Below, piece by piece: positions 23,908 through 33,825 of a DNA stretch of 64,000 nucleotides. Under the pieces are notes generated by a model that was not told the origin of the DNA, did not search any database, and was given only the letters and a program-made list of their open reading frames with translations. The position numbers and the translations under genes are program-made. The number at the start of each line of letters is the position of its first letter. Positions within the stretch are counted from its first letter, which is position 1. The stretch is from IMG/VR virus record IMGVR_UViG_3300032236_000747, positions 124,001-188,000 of that record; one strand, written 5' to 3'.

Positions 23908-26900
23908 TGTAGGTCGTATATCCGGTCCGTTATTACAACAGAATTTATTTCGTGATAATGTACCACTGGCCTTTTATAACACAAGCAGCCAGACCGAGAA
24001 CCCAACCTTATACTTAGATGTTACTGCCGGCTTTGTTGGCGTGCAAACATCATCTCCTGCCTACGAACTCGATGTAGCAGGTACTATAAACTCTACTAAT
24101 CTTCGAGTTATTCCAGGTACAAGTACACTTGGAAACATAACAGTAAACGGCAATACTATTGCTACAACAGTTGGGCCTATAACAGTTAAGCCAACCGGGT
24201 TAAACAATATTGTTTTAGATAGTACTGTATCTGCTACAGGCGTAACAACATTTAGCGCAGGTCTAGAATCAACTACATCGACTGGGGGCACCGTATTAGT
24301 TCAAGGCGGTCAAGGTATCACTGGCAACTTATATGTCGGCGGAACAGGTTCTTTTAATACACTAACATCCCAGTATGCGTCAATAAACGGAGATGTTAAC
24401 TCTTCTGATTTTACTAACGGAACATTGGTAGTAAAAGGTGGAGTGGGTGTTAGCCAAGACCTACGAGTAGGTGGAACTATTTACGGTAGTATTAGTACAG
24501 CAAGTATTGCTAACTTCTATTTTACTGCTACTACTATTTCTGTAGATAATACGCAAACTTCGGGGGTATACTACCCTATATTTGCTTCTACTAGCACCGG
24601 ATTCTCTTATCCTAAAACTAATACAAGATTATCTTATAACGTAACTACTGGTATTTTATTCAGCCCTCTTGCTTATATTACTACAACTACAGAAAGCACA
24701 ACTTCTACAGGCGGCGCATTAGTTGTATCAGGCGGCGCAGGAATACACAGTAACTTGTATGTTGGTGCTACAGCTTATGCTAATACTGTTACTGTTGGAA
24801 ATGTTTTAATAACACCAAACCTATCGGCTACTAATGCTACTGTAACTAAGTTAACCGCAACTAACTTTATTGTATCAGCAGTAACCGCATCTAACCTACT
24901 AGTACAAAATACAGCCACCGTTGGAAGAGATTTAAACGTTGGTGGAAATATTGTTGCTCAAGGTAATATCATTGCCAACGGTAATATTGTTTTAGGTAAT
25001 AATACAAGTACTGATACATTAACTATTGATTCAGAGATTCTCAGCGATCTTATTCCTGCTACTCCTAGCAAATATAATATAGGCTCACAAACAAACACTT
25101 GGGCTAAAAGTTATGTAGACACACTATATTCTAATATATTAGCTAGCCAGACAGGCAATGTTACCATTAATCCTGCTAGCAGTTTATTAGAAATCAATGC
25201 TAACATAAAAGTAAACGGTGACAAACCTTTTGGTACTGCGCCAGTTGTTACAAACGTTTTATATGTAACCATGGATGGAGATGATACCAATGATGGTCGT
25301 GCCCAAGACGCAAGCCGTGCTTGCCGTACTATCGGTGGCGCTTTAAAGAGTCCTTATTACGGTCCAGGCACTAGTATCAAAGTTTCTCCTGGTCATTATT
25401 TTGAAAACAATCCGTTGTTACTACAACCGTATACAAGTATTATTGGTAGTGACTTAAGAACAACTAGTATTGAACCAATCAATAAGACACAAGATTTATT
25501 CCACTTACAAAGCGGATGCTATCTAGCACAGATGCAGTTTTTAAATGGACGTAGTGGATTATTGCCAGGAACATACGCAAATGGTTACAATAGAGGTGCA
25601 TATGCCACAGCATTCCCTCCGCAGGTAAATGGCGTAGCTATTGACGTATACCATTCTCCATACATTCAGAACTGTACAAATCAAAGCGGTCCGTGGTTAT
25701 ATGATGGTACCTTGTTTGTTCCTAACCAAACTATTCAAATACCTAGCGCAGTATCAACTGGTACATGGGCAGGTAGTTCAACATCTATCACAGTAACAGT
25801 TAGCACAGGTACTATTGTCGCTGGGATGAGTATCAACGGTGGTCATCAAAACCCGGGTTATTTTAATGCTCGTACATTATTGCTAGCAAACAAAAAGTTC
25901 ATCCAAGAACAAGTTGTTGCTTATGTAAATCAACAGTATCCGTCATTTAGTTACAATCAGGCCCTATGCTTTAGAGACGTTGGTATTATTGTAGAAAACA
26001 TTTCATATGATGCTGCATTTGGTGGCAATCAAAATAGTGTAGAAGCAGGTCTTGCTTACTGGAACGGAGTAGCCAGTGTTATCGCAGGAGAAATTACACA
26101 AACTGTGGCTGCTATTAACTATATCAATAGTTTAACACAAAAGATAATAGTTAACTCAACTGTAACAAACTTATTGGGCTCAGGCAGTACATATACACAG
26201 GTTATTAATACAGCATTAACTGATGGTAGCATAGCTAGCAATAGCATTACAACTAACATCGGAACTATTGTTAACATTATTAACAATGGCCCAAGCAGCG
26301 CACCTGCAATGTATTATAGCGCAGCAGTTGATAGTAGTTTCTTGAGCGCAGAAGTATTGTTACAAGCAAATAGAACATTTATTCAGAATGATACTATTGC
26401 TTGGATTACAAATACATATCCGTCGTTTGTTTATAATCAAGCATTGTGTTTTAGAGATGTTGGATTAATCGTTGATGCTGTAAGTCAAGATATTATTTTA
26501 GGTGGAAATACAAAAACTATCGAAGCTGCCGTGAGTTATTGGAAGGGTGGTTATCCTCAGGTAGTAGGTCAAGAATCTACGACTACACAGGCTATTAATC
26601 ACGCAAGAGACATAGCACTAAAGATTATCAATAATCAAACAGTTACACCCCAAGCAGGTAATGCTAGTACACAAACTGTTAATACATTCTTTAGTGGAGG
26701 CAATGTTGCTGCTCAAGCCGTAGCAAGAAACTTTAATATTATTACCAGCGTTATAATACAAGGCCCCGCAGTTGCACCTCCTGTATTCCAGGGAGCTTCT
26801 GTATTTGCTCCTACTGGTATATCTGGAGATGATGTAAGAACACCTCCAACAGTATTAAGCGTTACACCTGTATCTGGAAATACGTATAACTTAACTATTA

Positions 26901-29608
26901 GTAGTCCAACAGTAAGTAGCGCAACAAATGCAGCTTTATACTTTGGATATACCGCAGTATTCCCTGCGCAAGACGCAGCGGTTCCTGATCAGTGGCAACA
27001 AAGACGTGTTGATCCTATAGGTGCTATGGGCGGAAGTCTTGTTGACGGTGGTGTTGTATCAAAACGCAGTCCTATTCAATCTTTTGTTTATGATGCGTTT
27101 ACACAAGTTACACAAGGTGGCAGAGGCATTCATATTATTAACAGCGGATACGCACAGTTAGTATCTGTGTTTACTATCTTCTGTTCAACTGCGGTTGAAG
27201 TCGACACCGGCGGCATCGCCTCTATTACAAACAGTAACAGCAACTTTGGTAACTACTGTTTAATAGCTAAAGGCTACGGTAATAGAGAGTTCAGCGGAAC
27301 TGTTTATAATCCAGCTAGCCCTTGGTTTATTACCAACGGTGAATACTATCCTACTGGTTATTTCCCAAACAATGGAAGCGTACTAGTGTTTGTTCCCGAC
27401 ACTGCTAATAGACCACACATAGCACAGTTAATGGAAGTTATACCTCCTCAAGGATACATTAACACACAAGGTTTCTCTGGATTCTTAGGAGCACAGATTA
27501 ACATTGGAACATTAACCACTGGTTCAATAACAATATCAGGAGTTAGTAACTCCGGTGTTTCTATAGGTCAAACAGTATATGTAAGAGACCAATATGGCAG
27601 ATCGGGAGTTGATGGTGTTCCTTATCTTGCCACAGGTACAGTAGTAACTGATGTAAGTTTCCAAACGATTACATTAAATCAAGCTATCTTACAAGGTGGC
27701 GGCGATCCTAATAATAATAATTACTTCAATGTTTATACTTGCGGCAATGCTTATTATACTGTATTAAGTAGTACACCTTACCCTAATCCAATACCTGTAG
27801 GACAGTCAATGATCCCACAAATACAAGGTAACGAAGTAGCTGCTCTAAACTTTATTAGTACATTGACTCAAAAAGTTGTTGCTAATAATACAGGAACACA
27901 TTATTCGACTCTTACACAGACTACAATAGCAGGGGTAGCAGGTGGAGGCAACGCAAATAGTTTCATAACAGGATTCTTCAATACTATTAGTAATATAGTC
28001 ATTAACGGAGTTAACTCTGCACCCCAAGTAGTCACCACTGGGACAGTGCCTAGTGGTTCAGGAAGTGCTATTACATTGATCGAATCTAATATAGAATATA
28101 TTACACAAGAAACTATCTCGTATCTTGCTTCTATTCATCCTTCTGCAAACTATAATAAAGTGAAGTGTGCTAGAGATACAGGCTTGATTGTAGAAGCACT
28201 AATACAAGATTTAATATTTGGCGGAACAAGCCAAAGTACATTCGCAGGTTTACAATATTGGAACCAAGGTGCTCTTACTGGAAATATTCCCAGCGAAATA
28301 ACAACTACTACTGCTGCTATCAACTATCTAAGTATACTAGCTCAAGAAGTTATACAAAATGAAACCGGCGGCACAAGGTATCAAAACGTAGTACAGCAAG
28401 TAATAAATCATATACCTGCTACAGCAGCAGAAGCAGCTATTCTTGCTGCTGATTTTAATGTTATAACCAATATACTAACACACGGAACAGCGGGCGTAAC
28501 TGATAATATTGTAGCTAATGGTTTAACATCTAGCACTGTAACAACAGTTCAAAGTGCTTTCTATATCTTACAATCAAACAAGGCTTATCTAGAAGCAGAA
28601 GTAATAGCGTTTATTAATAATGTATATCCCGGATTTACATATAATCAAGCAACATGCATTAGAGATGTTGGCTATATTATTGACAGCGTAAGTTTTGATT
28701 TAATATATGGAGGCAATAGACAAGCAATACAGAGCGGCGTATATTATTATTCATACAGCACAACATCGTCTGCTATAACAAACGAAATAACACAAACTGC
28801 CTCGGCTTATCAATATCTAGGTCAACTAGTTCCTTATATTATTAAAGGAATAACAACTGCCACTGTTCAGAATAATGTACATCAAGTAATACCATCCTCG
28901 ATTGCTACCGATGCCGAAGTGACGATATTACAGAATGAAATTAATACGATAACTAATATTATAACAAATGGACCTAGCGTAGCAGGACCAAAAGTTCCTA
29001 TAGGTTTAACTGCAAGTACTTCTACATCTGTATTAAATGCTGCCAATGCTCTTATAGCTAACCTTCCATTCTTAAAAGCAGAGTTAATGGCATATGTTGA
29101 TAGTTTCTTTGATCTAGGAACTTATCAAACAAAATGTGCTAGGGATGTAAGACTAATATTACAGCAACTGATTTATGATTTACAAAACGGAGGAAACTAT
29201 AACGCAGTTTATTCCGGATTAAGCTATTGGTCTAGAAACGGTACATACCATTTAGTTAATCTAGAAGAGATTGTAACAGACCCGAACTTATTCCCGGATG
29301 GGTGTGTAGTTAACTTCTATCAACGTAGTTATATTAGTGCGTCTGGTTATACATTTGAATATGTAGGAGCAGGAGTTAACTATGGATCACTACCTCAAGT
29401 GGGAGTAGCAGATCCAGTACAGGCACAGGAAGTTATTATGTTAGATGGTGGAAAGGTATTCTATACATCAACAGACCAAAACGGAGATTTTAGGATTGGA
29501 CCAGAGTTGGTTATTAGTCAAGCAACAGGTGTATTGAGCGGTAGAACATTTACTAAATCGTTGTTTGCTAACCTAACACCGTTTATATTAGCGATTGAGG
29601 CAGGATAA
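23903..29608 (+). CDS. Giant virion protein (1901 aa): fibre-like N-terminus, right-handed beta-helix (pectin-lyase-like) segment and five helical C-x-R-D repeats
   Basis: TGALVV-GG-GI shaft repeats; 'VLYVTMDGDDTNDG...ACRTIGGAL...IKVSPGHYFENNPL' beta-helix cap; repeated 'Y...C.RD.G.I......D...GG'. Confidence 0.8.
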   Translation: MAVGRISGPLLQQNLFRDNVPLAFYNTSSQTENPTLYLDVTAGFVGVQTSSPAYELDVAGTINSTNLRVIPGTSTLGNITVNGNTIATTVGPITVKPTGLNNIVLDSTVSATGVTTFSAGLESTTSTGGTVLVQGGQGITGNLYVGGTGSFNTLTSQYASINGDVNSSDFTNGTLVVKGGVGVSQDLRVGGTIYGSISTASIANFYFTATTISVDNTQTSGVYYPIFASTSTGFSYPKTNTRLSYNVTTGILFSPLAYITTTTESTTSTGGALVVSGGAGIHSNLYVGATAYANTVTVGNVLITPNLSATNATVTKLTATNFIVSAVTASNLLVQNTATVGRDLNVGGNIVAQGNIIANGNIVLGNNTSTDTLTIDSEILSDLIPATPSKYNIGSQTNTWAKSYVDTLYSNILASQTGNVTINPASSLLEINANIKVNGDKPFGTAPVVTNVLYVTMDGDDTNDGRAQDASRACRTIGGALKSPYYGPGTSIKVSPGHYFENNPLLLQPYTSIIGSDLRTTSIEPINKTQDLFHLQSGCYLAQMQFLNGRSGLLPGTYANGYNRGAYATAFPPQVNGVAIDVYHSPYIQNCTNQSGPWLYDGTLFVPNQTIQIPSAVSTGTWAGSSTSITVTVSTGTIVAGMSINGGHQNPGYFNARTLLLANKKFIQEQVVAYVNQQYPSFSYNQALCFRDVGIIVENISYDAAFGGNQNSVEAGLAYWNGVASVIAGEITQTVAAINYINSLTQKIIVNSTVTNLLGSGSTYTQVINTALTDGSIASNSITTNIGTIVNIINNGPSSAPAMYYSAAVDSSFLSAEVLLQANRTFIQNDTIAWITNTYPSFVYNQALCFRDVGLIVDAVSQDIILGGNTKTIEAAVSYWKGGYPQVVGQESTTTQAINHARDIALKIINNQTVTPQAGNASTQTVNTFFSGGNVAAQAVARNFNIITSVIIQGPAVAPPVFQGASVFAPTGISGDDVRTPPTVLSVTPVSGNTYNLTISSPTVSSATNAALYFGYTAVFPAQDAAVPDQWQQRRVDPIGAMGGSLVDGGVVSKRSPIQSFVYDAFTQVTQGGRGIHIINSGYAQLVSVFTIFCSTAVEVDTGGIASITNSNSNFGNYCLIAKGYGNREFSGTVYNPASPWFITNGEYYPTGYFPNNGSVLVFVPDTANRPHIAQLMEVIPPQGYINTQGFSGFLGAQINIGTLTTGSITISGVSNSGVSIGQTVYVRDQYGRSGVDGVPYLATGTVVTDVSFQTITLNQAILQGGGDPNNNNYFNVYTCGNAYYTVLSSTPYPNPIPVGQSMIPQIQGNEVAALNFISTLTQKVVANNTGTHYSTLTQTTIAGVAGGGNANSFITGFFNTISNIVINGVNSAPQVVTTGTVPSGSGSAITLIESNIEYITQETISYLASIHPSANYNKVKCARDTGLIVEALIQDLIFGGTSQSTFAGLQYWNQGALTGNIPSEITTTTAAINYLSILAQEVIQNETGGTRYQNVVQQVINHIPATAAEAAILAADFNVITNILTHGTAGVTDNIVANGLTSSTVTTVQSAFYILQSNKAYLEAEVIAFINNVYPGFTYNQATCIRDVGYIIDSVSFDLIYGGNRQAIQSGVYYYSYSTTSSAITNEITQTASAYQYLGQLVPYIIKGITTATVQNNVHQVIPSSIATDAEVTILQNEINTITNIITNGPSVAGPKVPIGLTASTSTSVLNAANALIANLPFLKAELMAYVDSFFDLGTYQTKCARDVRLILQQLIYDLQNGGNYNAVYSGLSYWSRNGTYHLVNLEEIVTDPNLFPDGCVVNFYQRSYISASGYTFEYVGAGVNYGSLPQVGVADPVQAQEVIMLDGGKVFYTSTDQNGDFRIGPELVISQATGVLSGRTFTKSLFANLTPFILAIEAG

Positions 29609-29611
29609 TAT

Positions 29612-29995
29612 ATGGCAACATTACCATTAAACACGTTTAAAACGAAGACAGCAATACTAGGATCAAATACAGGTACCGTAGTTTATACAGCACCGGTTGG
29701 TGTAACAGCCATTGTTCTTATGGCTAACATAGCCAACATAACAAACGCAACACAGTATGTTACTTTATCGCACTATAGAAACTTGCCAGTATTACCGGAT
29801 AGTCAAGGTAACGGTGGACAGATAGGAAACGTAGTTACAGAAGTTGTAAAAAGTTTTGGGTTACCAGCAAATGACAGTGCAAATATTATTAGTGGGAAAA
29901 TGATTGTTGAAAGTTTAGATAGTGTTCAAGCGTATACCAATAACACAGGAACATGCAAATTGATCTTAAGCATATTAGAAACAGCTAACTCGTAA
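29612..29995 (+). CDS. Small beta-sandwich virion protein
   Basis: 127 aa; 'VVYTAPVGVTAIVLMANIAN...LPANDSA...GKMIVESLDSV'. Confidence 0.65.
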   Translation: MATLPLNTFKTKTAILGSNTGTVVYTAPVGVTAIVLMANIANITNATQYVTLSHYRNLPVLPDSQGNGGQIGNVVTEVVKSFGLPANDSANIISGKMIVESLDSVQAYTNNTGTCKLILSILETANS

Positions 29996-30009
29996 GATAG
30001 AGATATATA

Positions 30010-33000
30010 ATGCCAAAAATACTTAGTGGTGCCGTTCTCCAAACAGGTAGTAGTAGTAGTTTTATTACACTATCGGAAGCTCAGCCGGCCCTACAAATTA
30101 CACCAAGTACTGCTACTGGCTTTACTCTTATAGTTAATACTTCTAGTAATGTTGAATATTCTAATATTCTAGGTGATATAACATTTGATGCAGGTAGTCT
30201 TACAAACTATACATCATATCAAGATATTGCTATCTACAATGTAGGTAACGGATATTTTCAAGTATACACTTCTACATTCCTTAATAGTCCTTCGTTAGTA
30301 ACAGACAGTACAAACTCTTTTGGAACAACACAAGGAGCATTTACTGTTGCCGGCGGCGCTGGTATTGGTAAGAACTTATGGGTAGGCGGCTATACAAATA
30401 TTTCAGCTAACATAGCCAGCACAGGTACACAAACTGGAAGTTTAATAATACAAGGCGGAGCAGGTATCAGCGGCGATATCTATCTCGGTGGAAACTTAAT
30501 ATTCACTAATGCTAAACAAGGTACATTAACTGCGGCAAAGATAACTGTAATAGGTACATTTACATCTACATCTACTACAACTGGCGCCATAACTGTAGCA
30601 GGCGGCCTAGGAGTACAAGGTAATGTATACGCAGGAAATATCTACGACAACGGTCGTAGAGTTATTAGTAGTTTAATAGCCGGTAAAGGTATCGCAGTTT
30701 CAACTAGTACAGGACCAACTGTAGTTGTAACCAACACCGGCGTAACAAGTATTAATGCCGGTACCGGTACTGTAATAAGCAGCACTAGCGGTGATGTTAC
30801 TATATGGATTAATCCTAGTGTTACTAATCAAACACTACAACAAGTTACCAATGCAGGTAACAATACTACTAACGCAATATACTTTAACAACCCTACAAAT
30901 GCCGTATCAACACTTACCGGTGGTGCCATATTTGCAGGTGGCGTTAGTATTGCTAGAGATGTATATATTGGCGGAAACATAAACGCTAAAAGTTTAAATG
31001 TTACAAATGCCATAGACAGTACTATATCAGCAAACAACGGTGTATTTAGAACACTTGTTGTAACATCAACAAACTATAGTACAACAACATTTACTAGCAA
31101 TGCTTTGTATGTTGCTGGAGGAGTAGGCGTAGGCACTGATCTAGCTGTTGCCGGCGATGCTGTTATATATGGAAACTTATTCGTTGCCGGAACATATACT
31201 AGTGTTATCTATGAAACTACAGCGATTGCTAGAAGCGTAATAGCATTATCAACGGCATCTGGCCCAGCAGTATTAACAAACGGTAGCGGTATAACTGTAG
31301 GACCTCCTTCTGGAATATACGCAAGTCTATTATTTGACGGAGTGAGTGCTTGGAAGAGCATGGCAAGTGTAGAACCGTCAGTTGATCTAGGTTATAACCT
31401 AGGCACAAGCGGACTAAGATGGGGAACTGTTTACGCAGGTAATGCTGTGTTCAGCAGTGGAGCAAACAGTATCAATCCTCAAACCGGAGCACTAGTTGTT
31501 CAAGGCGGAGTTGGTATTAGCGGAAACTCTGTAATAGGCGGTCAAACATTAATATCTAATGGTACACCGTCTAGTTCAACTGGCACAGGTGCGTTAGTTG
31601 TTCAGGGCGGAGTTGGCGTAGCAGGAAACATATATGCTGGAAATATTTACAGTAACGGAGTATTACTAACCGCAGGTGGTGGTGGTGGTGGCACAGGTTC
31701 CGGTGTAGTAACTTTATTTGCTGGAACTGATACTGCGATTAGTACAGGAACACTAGGTACAACAATATGGAATACCAGTAACCTACAATCTATAACTGAC
31801 AAAGGTAACACAACGGTTAATCCTATTGTTATTACAAACGGTAACAATAGTAATGATCAGAACTCGGGTGCGTTGATTGTATATGGCGGTGTAGGTATAG
31901 GAGAAAATATATTTGTTGGCGGAAGTTCAATACTTAACGGACAAGCTACTAGTATATTATCTACAAATACCTACATATCTGATAATATTGTAGATCTACA
32001 TTATAATGTTAATGATTGGGATCACGATGACGGTAAAGATATTGGATTTAAATTTGATCATTATGCTTCTACAGCAACATCGGGATTTTTAGGAAGAGCA
32101 GATAGCACTGGACATTTAGTTTGGTACAGTACTGGAACTGAAACACCAAGTGGAACTTTTGTTGGCTCGTTTGGTGTATTTGAAACAGGTGTTCTACAAC
32201 TAAACAATACCGGTACAAGTATATATTCACAGGGCGGAATGTCTGTTAACGGATCTGTAAAGATTTTTAACTCTGCAACTATAACAGGAACCATATACGC
32301 AGGCCCGATATATTCTCAAGGCGCACCTATACTTACATCAGCTAACCTAAGCTCTTTTGGTGTTGCTGATATTATCGCAGGCACAGGCACAAGTGTTAGT
32401 ACACAAACAGGTAATGTTACTATTTGGAACTCAGCAAATCTACAAATAGTAACAGGTAACGGAAATACAACAAATAATCCTATTATCATTACTAACACAA
32501 CACCTAGCGTTAGTACACAAACAGGTGCGTTGATTGTATCAGGCGGCGCAGCAATACAGAAATCTTTGTATGTTTCTAATAATATTACAAGCAACTCATT
32601 AACAGCTAATAGTGCTAATATTACTGATCTTTTAGTATATGGAGAAACCATAACCAAAGGACTAGCAGTTAACAGTACAGTGCCGTTCCCTATTAGTGTT
32701 AGTGGATCATATAGTACAACAGGATCAGTATTTGTAAGTAACAGCAATACAGGCACTGATGCCCACACCGGTTATATATTACAAAACGATGTTCATAGTT
32801 TTGTAGAACTAGGAATAAACAGCAGTGGTAGAACTTTTGGACATTATTCTACAGGTTCTGGATATCTATATACAAGTCCAAGCCTTCCTAGTCTTAATAT
32901 TGGTAATAATAGTGTTATAAACTTCTACACACAGGATATAACTTCTCCAAATCCTGCGGCAATGAGCATTGGAAGTACAACTACTACAATCATCAATAAC

Positions 33001-33813
33001 TTGTTTATTGAAGATAACTTTTACTCAAATCATCCTAGCGCAGGATTGATTGTACAGTCAAATGCTAACTCAAGTTATGGTAGTTTTACAATTAGAAATG
33101 CCAACATTGATGGTCAGAGTTATACATTTGATGTAGGCGGAAACAATAGAGCAGGACAAGGCGGAGCAGCTATCAACGAAGGTAGCTTGACATTACGAGA
33201 TGATGTAGCTAATGCCTATAGATTTATTGTTGCCAAAGGCACAGGAAACATTTTAATTAATAAATCTGTTGACGACGGACTACATAACTTACAAGTCAAT
33301 GGCGGCATTATTTCAAATAATTTAGTAGTTACTACAAGTGCTACTATTGCCCAGAGTTTAACTGTAGGAGTTACAACTTTTAACGGGCTAATAACTGTTA
33401 ATACTAGCAGCGTTTTTAACGGATATGCGGTTTTTAACGGTTCAGCAACATTCAACGGGCCCACTGTTTTCAGCGGAACTGTGGTTGTAGGCAGTAGTGC
33501 GCTACAAACTTCGATAACAATGGTAAATACAACGGATCCAACATCGATTGATAGTTTTGATTCTACGTTGTATAGATCTGCAAAAAGTTTGGTGCAGATA
33601 GAAGATGGGAACAGCTTTTACATGGTAGAAGTTGTACTGCTAGTTGACAATGCGGGCACTGTTTATATAAGCCAATATGGTATTATAACAACAGATTCAC
33701 CATTAGGTGATTTCTCAGCTAGCTTAGTAGGAAGATATGTGACATTGTATTTTACAGCATACGAGGCCACAAGTAAACGAATCAACGTAGTTCAAACAGC
33801 AATAGGTGTTTAA
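30010..33813 (+). CDS. Tail/virion fibre protein (1267 aa)
   Basis: Many 'TGAL(V/I)VxGGxGI' repeats; C-terminal 'IDSF...YRSAK..VQI...EV.L......Y.SQYG' domain shared with the next gene. Confidence 0.8.
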   Translation: MPKILSGAVLQTGSSSSFITLSEAQPALQITPSTATGFTLIVNTSSNVEYSNILGDITFDAGSLTNYTSYQDIAIYNVGNGYFQVYTSTFLNSPSLVTDSTNSFGTTQGAFTVAGGAGIGKNLWVGGYTNISANIASTGTQTGSLIIQGGAGISGDIYLGGNLIFTNAKQGTLTAAKITVIGTFTSTSTTTGAITVAGGLGVQGNVYAGNIYDNGRRVISSLIAGKGIAVSTSTGPTVVVTNTGVTSINAGTGTVISSTSGDVTIWINPSVTNQTLQQVTNAGNNTTNAIYFNNPTNAVSTLTGGAIFAGGVSIARDVYIGGNINAKSLNVTNAIDSTISANNGVFRTLVVTSTNYSTTTFTSNALYVAGGVGVGTDLAVAGDAVIYGNLFVAGTYTSVIYETTAIARSVIALSTASGPAVLTNGSGITVGPPSGIYASLLFDGVSAWKSMASVEPSVDLGYNLGTSGLRWGTVYAGNAVFSSGANSINPQTGALVVQGGVGISGNSVIGGQTLISNGTPSSSTGTGALVVQGGVGVAGNIYAGNIYSNGVLLTAGGGGGGTGSGVVTLFAGTDTAISTGTLGTTIWNTSNLQSITDKGNTTVNPIVITNGNNSNDQNSGALIVYGGVGIGENIFVGGSSILNGQATSILSTNTYISDNIVDLHYNVNDWDHDDGKDIGFKFDHYASTATSGFLGRADSTGHLVWYSTGTETPSGTFVGSFGVFETGVLQLNNTGTSIYSQGGMSVNGSVKIFNSATITGTIYAGPIYSQGAPILTSANLSSFGVADIIAGTGTSVSTQTGNVTIWNSANLQIVTGNGNTTNNPIIITNTTPSVSTQTGALIVSGGAAIQKSLYVSNNITSNSLTANSANITDLLVYGETITKGLAVNSTVPFPISVSGSYSTTGSVFVSNSNTGTDAHTGYILQNDVHSFVELGINSSGRTFGHYSTGSGYLYTSPSLPSLNIGNNSVINFYTQDITSPNPAAMSIGSTTTTIINNLFIEDNFYSNHPSAGLIVQSNANSSYGSFTIRNANIDGQSYTFDVGGNNRAGQGGAAINEGSLTLRDDVANAYRFIVAKGTGNILINKSVDDGLHNLQVNGGIISNNLVVTTSATIAQSLTVGVTTFNGLITVNTSSVFNGYAVFNGSATFNGPTVFSGTVVVGSSALQTSITMVNTTDPTSIDSFDSTLYRSAKSLVQIEDGNSFYMVEVVLLVDNAGTVYISQYGIITTDSPLGDFSASLVGRYVTLYFTAYEATSKRINVVQTAIGV

Positions 33814-33825
33814 GGATAAAAAATT

